Source: a bacterium
GTDB taxonomy: Bacteria; Hinthialibacterota; Hinthialibacteria; Hinthialibacterales; Hinthialibacteraceae
Length of the DNA stretch: 26,108 bases
Direction of reading: 5' to 3'
NCBI GenBank assembly: GCA_041946805.1
Contig: JBHGBC010000081.1
Span: forward strand, 1-26,108
A program made the position numbers and the translations under genes. Position 1 is the stretch's first letter, and every line of letters begins with the position of its first letter. The notes under the pieces are model-generated. The model was not told the DNA's origin. It saw nothing but the letters and a program-made list of their open reading frames with translations, and made no database searches. Of this stretch, positions 8,672 to 18,341 are shown piece after piece.

Positions 8672-8723
8672 CGCCCTTGCCGGATGAGCCAAAAATCTGT
8701 TTCTGGCTCATCCGGCATGGGCG
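8672..8723. repeat. 20-bp inverted repeat formed by the MITE right end and a second TIR-like end
   Basis: CGCCCTTGCCGGATGAGCCA (8672-8691) versus TGGCTCATCCGGCATGGGCG (8704-8723): 19 of 20 positions complementary. Confidence 0.8.
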
Positions 8724-8987
8724 GGCCTATCGGGCGGAACAATACCAATCCGGTGTTCCCAAGCGATGGAGATGACTATTTTCACCCTCATCCGGCGGCA
8801 AAAGGAATTCCCGCATTCCCGGCGCCAACAATCCCCACCTCACCTCCCCCCAAACCACGGGGGAGGGATTATCCAATCCCGGGAAAAATGCTGTATTCCT
8901 CCTCTGAATCGTGTTACGATATATGGAAAAGAGGATTCCAGGATTTCCCATGGTGTGACCCAGTGGAGAGATTGAGGGAGAGGCAGG

Positions 8988-9842
8988 ATGTTTAAATCGA
9001 TCTTGTTGGCGGTGGATTCGTCCCGGTACAGCGAAGTGTGTACGCGCTATGCCCTGGAGTACGCCAAGCTGCTGGGGGCGAAGATCACCGGCTTGAGCGT
9101 GTTGGACCGCAAGGAAATCGCGATCGTGTATCCTTATTATTACCCCACAGCCGATTTCCCTCCGGTATTCGACGAAACGGTCATTGAAAACACCGAGTTG
9201 TTCGAACGGCAAAAACAAAGGGCGGATGATGTGCTCCGGCGGGTGGAAGCGGAATGCCGGAAGATGGAGATCCCCTGCGCCTGTGAGATCCGGGACGGCT
9301 TGGTCCCCGAAGTGATCCTGGAGGAAGCCCAGGCCGCGGATCTGTTGTTCGCCGGGCAGCGGGGGGCGGGAGCGGAATACACCAAGGGCTTGTTGGGATC
9401 CAACCTGGAAAACGTGGTGCGGCGTTCCAGCATTCCCATCATCATCACGCCGCACAACTACCGGACATTGCAACACATCCTGGTTTGTTTCGACGGCAGC
9501 GAGTATTCCATCCGGGCGCTGCGGGCGGCGGTGCATCTGGCCGCCGCGTGTCCCAAGGGGTGTGTTACGCTGCGGCTGCTGGTGGTCCATGACAATGAAG
9601 AGGCCGCCCAGCAGATCGCGGGCAAGGCGGTGAAATACCTGCAAGCGTATGACATGAAGGAAATCTTTTTGCACCGCAAAGGTGATCCTACGGAGCAGAT
9701 CATTGATTGTTCCCAAGCGGAAAACATCGATTTAGTGGCCATGGGCGCTTACGGGCACAGCCGCATCCGTGAATTAATGCTGGGGAGCACCACGGAGACC
9801 ATCCTGCGCCATGTCAGCCGGGCGGTCCTGTTGCATCATTGA
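8988..9842 (+). CDS. Universal stress protein with tandem UspA domains
   Basis: MFKSILLAVDSS, GLLGSNLENVVRRSSIPI, ILVCFDGSEYS, DLVAMGAYGHSRIRELMLGSTTE. RBS GGGAGAGG upstream. Confidence 0.93.
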   Translation: MFKSILLAVDSSRYSEVCTRYALEYAKLLGAKITGLSVLDRKEIAIVYPYYYPTADFPPVFDETVIENTELFERQKQRADDVLRRVEAECRKMEIPCACEIRDGLVPEVILEEAQAADLLFAGQRGAGAEYTKGLLGSNLENVVRRSSIPIIITPHNYRTLQHILVCFDGSEYSIRALRAAVHLAAACPKGCVTLRLLVVHDNEEAAQQIAGKAVKYLQAYDMKEIFLHRKGDPTEQIIDCSQAENIDLVAMGAYGHSRIRELMLGSTTETILRHVSRAVLLHH

Positions 9843-10273
9843 TCCGGACAGCCAGCGCGCGGCGCCCCTCCCATCCGCACGCCTTCCCCGAACGCCTTGG
9901 GTTTATCCCCGTATGCACATACCATTCTCGTACCATTACTTTTCATCGCGGGAACCGTTGGTAGTAAGCGTGAGCCGGTCCGATGATAGAAAACGTATTC
10001 CCGTTGGAAACAGGATATGAATAGTGAGCGTACTCCATGTTGAAGGCTGACTCCGGGCGGGAGAAAGGTGAATCTCTCTCACTCGGAGAAAAAACCAAAA
10101 AAGAGGTGTTGGCGCGCGGCGGGGAATCCATCTATCTTGATCATCTCGTTAATTTTGACCATCCTGATTCTGACCGAGATTCCTTCCCGCTCCCGGAGAG
10201 GATTCAAGAAGATGCCATATCCGCGACAGATCATTCCTTGACAAATGCCGTCACGCAACGGATGAAAGAGAAG

Positions 10274-12793
10274 ATGATTCATGTCAAATCGCCTTTTCGA
10301 GTCATGATGGCCGCCCTGGGCTTGGGGGTGGTATTCGCCCTTACGTCACCGGCGGCGGAAGAAAGCCTGGACGAATGGTACACGGCCGCGGGGCTCGCGT
10401 ATTCCTCCGGCGATCCGGTCACGGCGGAATACTATTACCAGCGCATCCTGCAATCTCCGGACTGGGGGAGTTACGACAAACAGATCAATGTGCTGCGCAG
10501 CCTGGGGATGGTGGAGGAATCGCAGGCGCGGTTTCAGGAAGCAGCCCAGTACTACAAGCAGTTGATGGACCTCCTGACCGATCGGAGCGATGCCAACGTC
10601 GAGCAAACCTACCGCTTGTACGTCATGCGTTACGCCAACTGCCTGGAACGGTCGGGGCGGTACGTGGCGGCCAACGAGATCTATTGGAACGTGTACCGGG
10701 AATCCGAGCCCGCGATCCAGGTGGACGTGCTGAAGCAGATCCTGCAAAATTCCGGATTTATAAAACTGACTCCGGCGGAGTTGGACGTCTTGCGCAAAGA
10801 GGTGGTTCCCCGCCACCAGGACGAGTTGGGGTGGGATCTGGCGGAGCTTTTGCGCCTTCAGGGGCGGTTGCCCGAGAGTCAAGCGCTGTACGAGGAGTTG
10901 TGGCGCGCCAATCCGGATTTCGCCCGCGAGTATGTTCCGCGCATGACCGAGTTGTACACGGCGTTGGGCAAGTTGGATGCCCTGATCGAGGGCGTGCGGG
11001 CGGAGCGGGTGGCCGGCCAGACGGCGGACACGTATCTCCTGTTGGAAGTGGCCATTCTCAAGGAAGCGCAGCGGGATTCGGAAGCGCTGGCGGAAATCGA
11101 GAAGTTCGCGCTCCGCGGCAAGGATTTCCAAGACTTGAACCCGGAGGATTATGAGCAGCTGTTGTCCGAAGTATCCGCCCCGCTCCTGAACGAGTGGATC
11201 GAACTGGTGATCGAGCAGCGCGGCGCCGCGCCGGGGATCGAGCTGCTGCGCGCTTTCCTGACTATCATGCCGTTGGACACGCAGCGGCGCCAGCGTCTGA
11301 GCGATTTGTACGTCAGCGCCGGGAAGGTGGACGAGGCGGTTCGGTTGTGGGCGGACTGGAGCGAGGTCCAGGCGGGCAAGCCGTTCGCGGTCCTGAGTGC
11401 GGTGGAGGAGATCTACGCGCTGGGTGAAACGCAAAACGCCCGTGACCTGTTGAAGCGCCTGGGAGACCAGATCCCCCCCGCGTTCGCCTTGAAGCGGGGA
11501 CAGACGGCCCTGCAGTTCGGTGATTATCCCGAGGCCCTGGCCGCGTTTCAGGTCGCCGCCGCCTCGGGCGGGATTCCCCCGGCCATGATCACCTCCACAA
11601 TCCAAAGCTATACCGAGACCGCCGCCGCGCGGGACGCCCTGGCCGCCGCGCTGGTGGATTCCGTCTCGGGGCAGCCGTACACGGCCGTGCCGGAATGGAT
11701 CAAGACTTCCTTGGTCAAATTCGGCGTGCAAACCGAAGCGAAGGAGCATTTAAAGCGGCTGGTGGCCGGGGATCCCAGTGGGGTATGGAATTTCTACATC
11801 GCCAACGAGGCCGCCCGGCAGGGGGACCGGAAATGGGCTGTGGAATTGCTGGAGGCGGTGCCCCAGGACAGCCTCTACCATCCCATGGCCGGCCAGGCCC
11901 TGGCATCCCTGCTCCAGGAGGATCCCTCGATCGACGCGCAGCGCCGGGCCGCGCGGTTGCTGAAGCCCTCCCTCGCCAACCTCCTCTCCGCCACGCCGGG
12001 GATTCCCCTGACGCCCTCCATGGCTGGCACACTGCTCGATTACGCGGAAATCTGCCTGAACGCCTACGAACCGGGCGAAGCGCTGGCGGCCATCCGAACC
12101 GTGGAATCGGCGTCCGGGGCGCTCACCCGGCCCCTGGACGCGGACGCGGTGGACCGGTTGACGTTCACGCGGGCGAAGTTCCTGGCCGAAATGGCATCGT
12201 TCGGACCGGCGGTGGAGCGGCTGCAAACGATCACCGGTCCGGCGTACGGGGAAGAAGCCCGGTTTTGGCTCGCCCGGATCCACATAGCCCAACGGAACGT
12301 GGAAGCGGCCCAAACGGAACTGAACGCCCTTGTGGAAGATCCCGCGGGCTGGCGGCGCGCCAATGACGCGCTGTCGCTGCTTTTGATTCTCGATGCGCTG
12401 GCGGGGGACTCGCTCGATCTATTTTGCGACTCGGTGTTGTACCAGTTGCAGGGCCGTTTCGAGGACGCGATTCCCCCGTTGCGGCAGCTGGCGGTGAATC
12501 AGTATGGGGAAGACATGGAGGAATGGGCCCGGTACCATATCGGGAAATTGAAATGGGAAGCCGGGGACCGGACGGGCGCGCGCGAGGAGTGGGAGCGGTT
12601 GCTGCTGGATGTGGATCAGCCGGTGATCCACGGCCTGACCCGCTGGGAGCTGGTGCATTTGGATGAGCCGGGTGTGGCGCCGGAGTCGGTCCAAGCCCAA
12701 CGGGAAGACCTGATCATGAAAATGCCCGACACCCTCTTCGCGGATCTGGCCCGCCTGGAGACCCAACAACGAGCACGCAGGGAGCAGCCATGA
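10274..12793 (+). CDS. Large exported TPR-repeat protein
   Basis: Signal-peptide-like MIHVKSPFRVMMAALGLGVVFALTSPAA, followed by many TPR-like helices (AEYYYQRIL, EAAQYYKQL, EARFWLARIH, ARYHIGKL). Start inferred; 10262 is also possible. Confidence 0.75.
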   Translation: MIHVKSPFRVMMAALGLGVVFALTSPAAEESLDEWYTAAGLAYSSGDPVTAEYYYQRILQSPDWGSYDKQINVLRSLGMVEESQARFQEAAQYYKQLMDLLTDRSDANVEQTYRLYVMRYANCLERSGRYVAANEIYWNVYRESEPAIQVDVLKQILQNSGFIKLTPAELDVLRKEVVPRHQDELGWDLAELLRLQGRLPESQALYEELWRANPDFAREYVPRMTELYTALGKLDALIEGVRAERVAGQTADTYLLLEVAILKEAQRDSEALAEIEKFALRGKDFQDLNPEDYEQLLSEVSAPLLNEWIELVIEQRGAAPGIELLRAFLTIMPLDTQRRQRLSDLYVSAGKVDEAVRLWADWSEVQAGKPFAVLSAVEEIYALGETQNARDLLKRLGDQIPPAFALKRGQTALQFGDYPEALAAFQVAAASGGIPPAMITSTIQSYTETAAARDALAAALVDSVSGQPYTAVPEWIKTSLVKFGVQTEAKEHLKRLVAGDPSGVWNFYIANEAARQGDRKWAVELLEAVPQDSLYHPMAGQALASLLQEDPSIDAQRRAARLLKPSLANLLSATPGIPLTPSMAGTLLDYAEICLNAYEPGEALAAIRTVESASGALTRPLDADAVDRLTFTRAKFLAEMASFGPAVERLQTITGPAYGEEARFWLARIHIAQRNVEAAQTELNALVEDPAGWRRANDALSLLLILDALAGDSLDLFCDSVLYQLQGRFEDAIPPLRQLAVNQYGEDMEEWARYHIGKLKWEAGDRTGAREEWERLLLDVDQPVIHGLTRWELVHLDEPGVAPESVQAQREDLIMKMPDTLFADLARLETQQRARREQP

Positions 12794-13359
12794 ACGAAAC
12801 GCAATCCATTTTGAAACCGATGACGGAGATCGAGGCGAACCGGCCCGCGGCGGAGGAAGAGGAAGCCCCGCCCGGCCGCTGGTTTTTCAGCCTGGAGCCG
12901 TGGGAAATCGGCGCGATCGCCCTTTCTTTTTGCCTGATCGCCTTTGTCGCGATTCCCCAGTATTTCAAATATCAGGAAATCATGCGCGGCCGGGAATGCA
13001 CGAAGCGCCTGACCCTGTTCGCCAACTGTCTGAAATACATGGCGGATAAGAACCACACCAAGCCCGGCGAGCGGATTTGTGAGTTGTTCGACTTGAACGA
13101 GACGCTGGAACTGGCCCAGCGGCTCGCGCACGAGAAGGCCCAGTTGGGCGCCCAGAAGGCCCTGTTCTTCAAGGTCGGGGCGGAGCCGGATTGTCCCGCG
13201 GGGGGGGATTATTCGTATACGCTCGATTTGGGCGCGGATGGGAACATCATTCCCCCCACCTGCTCGCACTCCACCGGTCCGAACCGGGAGTTCTACATCC
13301 AGAACGGCTTATGCCTGGTGGATAGATCGAAAGTCGACGGCAAAATCGGTTTGGATTGA
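12790..13359 (+). CDS. Type IV pilin/pseudopilin-like membrane protein with an atypical N-terminus
   Basis: Hydrophobic helix ending VAIPQYFKY, then REC..L, and a C-terminal PDCPAGGDY...PPTCSH motif like Cys-rich pilins. ATGA overlap with the TPR gene. Confidence 0.6.
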   Translation: MNETQSILKPMTEIEANRPAAEEEEAPPGRWFFSLEPWEIGAIALSFCLIAFVAIPQYFKYQEIMRGRECTKRLTLFANCLKYMADKNHTKPGERICELFDLNETLELAQRLAHEKAQLGAQKALFFKVGAEPDCPAGGDYSYTLDLGADGNIIPPTCSHSTGPNREFYIQNGLCLVDRSKVDGKIGLD

Positions 13360-13373
13360 CGAAGAAGGTCAAC

Positions 13374-14801
13374 ATGGCGACGATACTGGTGGCTGACGAT
13401 GAAGCCAAGATGCGGAAGATCCTCACGCTGGCTTTGATGGAGGACGGCCACGAAATTCTGGAAGCCAAGGATGCCGATGAAGCCGTCGAAATCATCCAGA
13501 ACACCTCCCTCAGCCTGGTGATCACCGACCTGCGCATGCCCGGGGGCGGCGGGATGACGGTTCTCACGGCGGTCAAGCAAACCAGCCATTATATCCCTGT
13601 CATCATTCTCACCGCCTACGGGACCATCGAAAACGCCGTCGAAGCCCTGAAAAACGGGGCGCATGACTACCTGCTGAAGCCCTGCGACCTGGATGAAATC
13701 AAGATGGCGGCCCGCAAGGCGCTGCAACTCCAGCACCTGGAACTGGAAAACCGCTACCTGCGGGAGGAACTCCGCCACCACACCGGCCAGGGGGAACTGG
13801 TCGGCAAGTCGTCCGTCATGCTCAAGGTCTTCGAACTGATCCGGCGCGTGGCGCAGGGCGACGGCACCGTGCTGATCCGGGGTGAAAGCGGGACGGGCAA
13901 GGAACTCGTGGCCCGGGCCATCCATTCGCAAAGCCCGCGCGCGGACCGCTCGTTCGTATCGGTGAATTGCTCGGCCACACCCTCCGATTTACTGGATCTG
14001 GAACTATTCGGCCGGGTGCGGGGACTGCGGCTGGGCCAGGCATCGCCCACCACGGGGAAGATCGAACTGGCCAACGGGGGAACGTTGTTTCTCGACGAGA
14101 TCGGCGATTTGACACCCAGCATGCAGGGAAAGCTGTTGCGCCTGATCGAGGAGAAGGTCATCGAGCCGGTGGGCGGGACGCGGAGTAAGAAGATCGATGT
14201 CCGCATCGTGGTCTCCACCAACAAGGATCTGGAAGAACGGGTCCGCAAGGAAATCATGCGTTCCGATTTGTATTTCCGGCTCAATGTGTTGCCGATCGTG
14301 GCGCCGCCGCTGCGGGAACGCAAGGAAGACATCCCGTTGTTGATCAATCATTTTTTGCAGAAAAAAAGCCGCGGGAACACGGGTCTCAAATTTTCCTCGG
14401 AAGACATCGAGGCCATGATGCGTTATCACTGGCCGGGGAACGTGCGTGAACTGCAGAACGTGGTGGAACGGGCCCTCGTGCTCAACTCCACCGACCTGGC
14501 CACCCTGATGCCGTCCATCCATCCCCCTCTCACTCCCGGCTCGCAGATGGGATTCCATCAGAAGGAACTGCTCAATTTGCCGTACAAGGAAGCCAAGCGC
14601 TATATCCTCGATGATTTCGAGAAAATGTTCTTTACCAACCTGTTGCGCAAAACGGGGGGGAATGTCTCGCGCGCGGCCCAGCTGGCCCAGGTGCACCGGA
14701 AGAACTTGTATGTGAAGCTCACCGAGCTGGGAATCGATCCGAGGCAATACGGCGCGCCCGAAACCGGGGAGAATGAGTCTCCACCGGCCATGCCCGTGTA
14801 G
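13374..14801 (+). CDS. NtrC/AtoC-family response regulator (REC-AAA+-Fis HTH) lacking the GAFTGA motif
   Basis: ILVADDE, ITDLRMP and YLLKP in the receiver; Walker A GESGTGKE; GGTLFLDEIG; RSDLYFRLNV; WPGNVREL; HTH GGNVSRAA. ATG at 13374 follows GAAGG. Confidence 0.93.
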   Translation: MATILVADDEAKMRKILTLALMEDGHEILEAKDADEAVEIIQNTSLSLVITDLRMPGGGGMTVLTAVKQTSHYIPVIILTAYGTIENAVEALKNGAHDYLLKPCDLDEIKMAARKALQLQHLELENRYLREELRHHTGQGELVGKSSVMLKVFELIRRVAQGDGTVLIRGESGTGKELVARAIHSQSPRADRSFVSVNCSATPSDLLDLELFGRVRGLRLGQASPTTGKIELANGGTLFLDEIGDLTPSMQGKLLRLIEEKVIEPVGGTRSKKIDVRIVVSTNKDLEERVRKEIMRSDLYFRLNVLPIVAPPLRERKEDIPLLINHFLQKKSRGNTGLKFSSEDIEAMMRYHWPGNVRELQNVVERALVLNSTDLATLMPSIHPPLTPGSQMGFHQKELLNLPYKEAKRYILDDFEKMFFTNLLRKTGGNVSRAAQLAQVHRKNLYVKLTELGIDPRQYGAPETGENESPPAMPV

Positions 14802-14844
14802 ACCATGCCCATTCCGCCCCACATGTTCCGGATTTCCGTATCTT

Positions 14845-15894
<1,050 letters not shown>

Positions 15895-17970
15895 TTACGG
15901 GGCAAACGCGATCAGCACCGCGATCGAACGGGATCGCGCCGGATAAAACGGCTCCGAAACGGCGGGCGCGTCGCGCCAGTCGCGGATATCCTCGGGCGAT
16001 TCCAGGCTGGTGTCGATCCACCGCCGCCAATGAAGTTCGGTATGCCCGTGCCGTGGAGGAATTTCGAAGTTCAGATCTTCCCAATGCGCGTTCAGGATGG
16101 CGTGGATGTAGACCTTGCCCGAGCGGCTTCGCGCGGTGAACGCCAAGACGCGCGATTCCGGTCCCCAATCCGGTTGATTCAAGCGCGTGCCATGCCATTG
16201 GATCGCAGTGTGCCGGAGCAGTTCGTTCAAACTGAGGGGATTTGCCTCCGGCGTCAGTTCACGGTTCAAGCGATAGAAAATGAGTTTTTTTACGAACCGA
16301 TGAATATCCGCGTGGCGTTCGAGGCCGGTCCAATCCATCCAGCTGATTTCATTGTCCTGGCCGTAGGCATTGTTGTTGCCCTGCTGAGTGCGCCGGATTT
16401 CATCGCCCATCAGCATCATGGGAGTGCCGATCGAATGCAAGGCAATAGTCAGGAAATTCTTCACCTGCCGGTTGCGCAAGAGGTTGATTTCCGGGTCATC
16501 CGTCTCCCCTTCCGCGCCGCGGTTCCAGCTCAGGTTGTGATCGGTTCCGTCCCGGTTGTCTTCTCCGTTGGCTTCGTTGTGTTTCTGGTTGTACGAGACC
16601 AAGTCATTCAGCGTGAAGCCGTCATGGCAGGTCACGAAATTGATGCTTTGTTCCGGCTCCCGCTCCTCGTGCCCATAGATGTCCGGGCTGCCCAGCAGGC
16701 GGGCCGGCAGGCGGGCGATAGTCCCACGGTCGCCTTTCAGATAAGCGCGAACGTCATCCCGGAAGCGGCCGTTCCATTCCTTCCAACTGTCCCCGATGAA
16801 GGACCCGACCTGGTACAGCCCGGCCGCGTCCCAGGCTTCCGCGATCAGCTTGATGCCCGCCAGCACCGGATCGGATTCGATGTCCCACAACACGGGCGGA
16901 TTTTCCAGCGGCCGCCCCGTCTCGTCCCGTGACAAAATGGAGGCCAAATCGAACCGGAAGCCGTCCACGTGCATCTCCTGTACCCAATAATGCAGGCTGT
17001 CGAGGATCAGGCGGCGGACGATGGGGTGATTGGCGTTCAGCGTGTTGCCGGTGCCGGTGTAATTGGAATAGTACCTTTGGTCCTTCTCCAGGATGTAATA
17101 AAAACTGTTTTCCAGCCCGCGGTAGCACAGCGTGGGGCCTTCGTGGTTGCCTTCCGCCGTGTGATTGAACACCACGTCCAGGATCACCTCGATCCCGGCC
17201 CGGTGCAGCGCCTTGACCATGTCCCGGAACTCGTCGAGCACTCCCAGGGGATCCCGGCGCGAGCTGTACCCCGTGTGCGGCGCGAAGAACGAGACCGGCG
17301 AATACCCCCAGTAATTGACCAGGCCGGCGGGGCAGTCCTGTTCATCGAAATGAAAGACGGGCAGCAATTCCACCGCCGTGACGCCCAGGTCCATCAAGTA
17401 GGGGATTTTTTGGATCAGGCCCGCGTAGGTTCCCCGGATTTCCGGATCCACGCCGGAACTGGGGTGGCGGGTGAATCCCTTGACGTGCATTTCATAAATG
17501 ATCGTTTCCTGGAAGGAGCGCTTCAACGGCGTGTCGCCTTCCCACTCGTATTGGCGGGGATCCGCCACCACGCTTTTCATCGCGGTGGCCGTGTTGTCGC
17601 CGAACCGGCATGCCTCCGCCCGGCTATACCGCTCCGGCATGGCGACCGCGCGGGTGTAGGGATCGAGCAGGACCTTTTCAGGATCGAACCGCAGGCCGTT
17701 CTCCGGTTCGAACGGCCCCAGCGCCCGGTAGCCATAAATCTGACCGGGCCGCACACCGGTAAGGAGCGCGTGCCAGTAGTGGTAGGTCCGGTGTACCCCG
17801 GGATGCAGCGTAAAAACATGGGCTGGCCCGGAGGCGTTGGCGTCATCGAACAACAGCAACTCCATGGTGGTGCAGTTGCGCGAGAACACGCTGAAATTCA
17901 CACCGTCCGGATAAACCGTTGCGCCGAGGGGGAAACTGCTTCCCTTGAATAGGTGGATGCTCATGGCCAT
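15895..17970 (-). CDS. glgX: Glycogen debranching enzyme (isoamylase, GH13_11)
   Basis: PLGAT, IIYEMHVKGFT, NYWGY, DVVFNHTAEG, DGFRFDLAS, IAEAWD, NFVTCHDGFTL, GNNNAYGQDNE. Confidence 0.95.
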   Translation of the reverse strand: MAMSIHLFKGSSFPLGATVYPDGVNFSVFSRNCTTMELLLFDDANASGPAHVFTLHPGVHRTYHYWHALLTGVRPGQIYGYRALGPFEPENGLRFDPEKVLLDPYTRAVAMPERYSRAEACRFGDNTATAMKSVVADPRQYEWEGDTPLKRSFQETIIYEMHVKGFTRHPSSGVDPEIRGTYAGLIQKIPYLMDLGVTAVELLPVFHFDEQDCPAGLVNYWGYSPVSFFAPHTGYSSRRDPLGVLDEFRDMVKALHRAGIEVILDVVFNHTAEGNHEGPTLCYRGLENSFYYILEKDQRYYSNYTGTGNTLNANHPIVRRLILDSLHYWVQEMHVDGFRFDLASILSRDETGRPLENPPVLWDIESDPVLAGIKLIAEAWDAAGLYQVGSFIGDSWKEWNGRFRDDVRAYLKGDRGTIARLPARLLGSPDIYGHEEREPEQSINFVTCHDGFTLNDLVSYNQKHNEANGEDNRDGTDHNLSWNRGAEGETDDPEINLLRNRQVKNFLTIALHSIGTPMMLMGDEIRRTQQGNNNAYGQDNEISWMDWTGLERHADIHRFVKKLIFYRLNRELTPEANPLSLNELLRHTAIQWHGTRLNQPDWGPESRVLAFTARSRSGKVYIHAILNAHWEDLNFEIPPRHGHTELHWRRWIDTSLESPEDIRDWRDAPAVSEPFYPARSRSIAVLIAFAP

Positions 17971-18139
17971 CTACCTTCTCCTTGCGGGAGGCTATGTCAT
18001 GAATTGATGAATTATAACGTTGTTAAGCCGATTCTCCGTTCCCTCTTTCCCTAACCCGTGACAATCCCCGGTAACACAAGGTACGATGACGCCATGCCGG
18101 GGACCCAATTTGGGTTTCGGCGGTTGGTTTACTAATTTA

Positions 18140-18317
18140 GGATCATCCGGTAAATGCGCACATGCTGTTGAAAAAGATTTTCAATCCACTCCACATTTCG
18201 GGCGGATACCTAGGGATGTCCCTCCCCCGTTCCCTCGCCCTGACCCTCCCAGAGGGAGAGGGGATTGGAGACGGATCAAGCGTTCATAAAAATTGGTACT
18301 CACATCTTGTATAAACC
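18140..18317. mobile_element. Diverged, shorter third member of the MITE-like family
   Basis: Left end GGATCATCCGGTAAATGCGCACAT. Internal CACTCC..GGGCGGA..GTCCC and CCCTCGCCCTGACCCTCCCAGAGGGAGAGGG lie in the same order as in copies 1 and 2. Right end GTACTCACATCTTGTATAAACC. Confidence 0.55.
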
Positions 18318-18341
18318 AAATTTCAATCCAGGAGCGGCCGC

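Larger units (their letters stand above)
8480..8690. mobile_element. MITE-like non-autonomous element, copy 1
   Basis: About 90% identical by manual alignment to 21196-21404. Imperfect ~22-bp terminal inverted repeats (GGATTCATCCGAGAAGTGCGTAC / GTACGCCCTTGCCGGATGAGCC). Flanked by the direct repeat AAAAATC at 8473-8479 and 8691-8697. Confidence 0.85.

Noticed and set aside
8537..8995. 152-aa ORF and other small ORFs across the MITE region
   Set aside because: They run through repeat and hairpin DNA, are not preserved in copy 2, and have no transposase motifs.
10037..10261. N-terminal 75 aa of the 918-aa ORF
   Set aside because: It precedes the signal-peptide-like segment and looks like non-coding upstream sequence.
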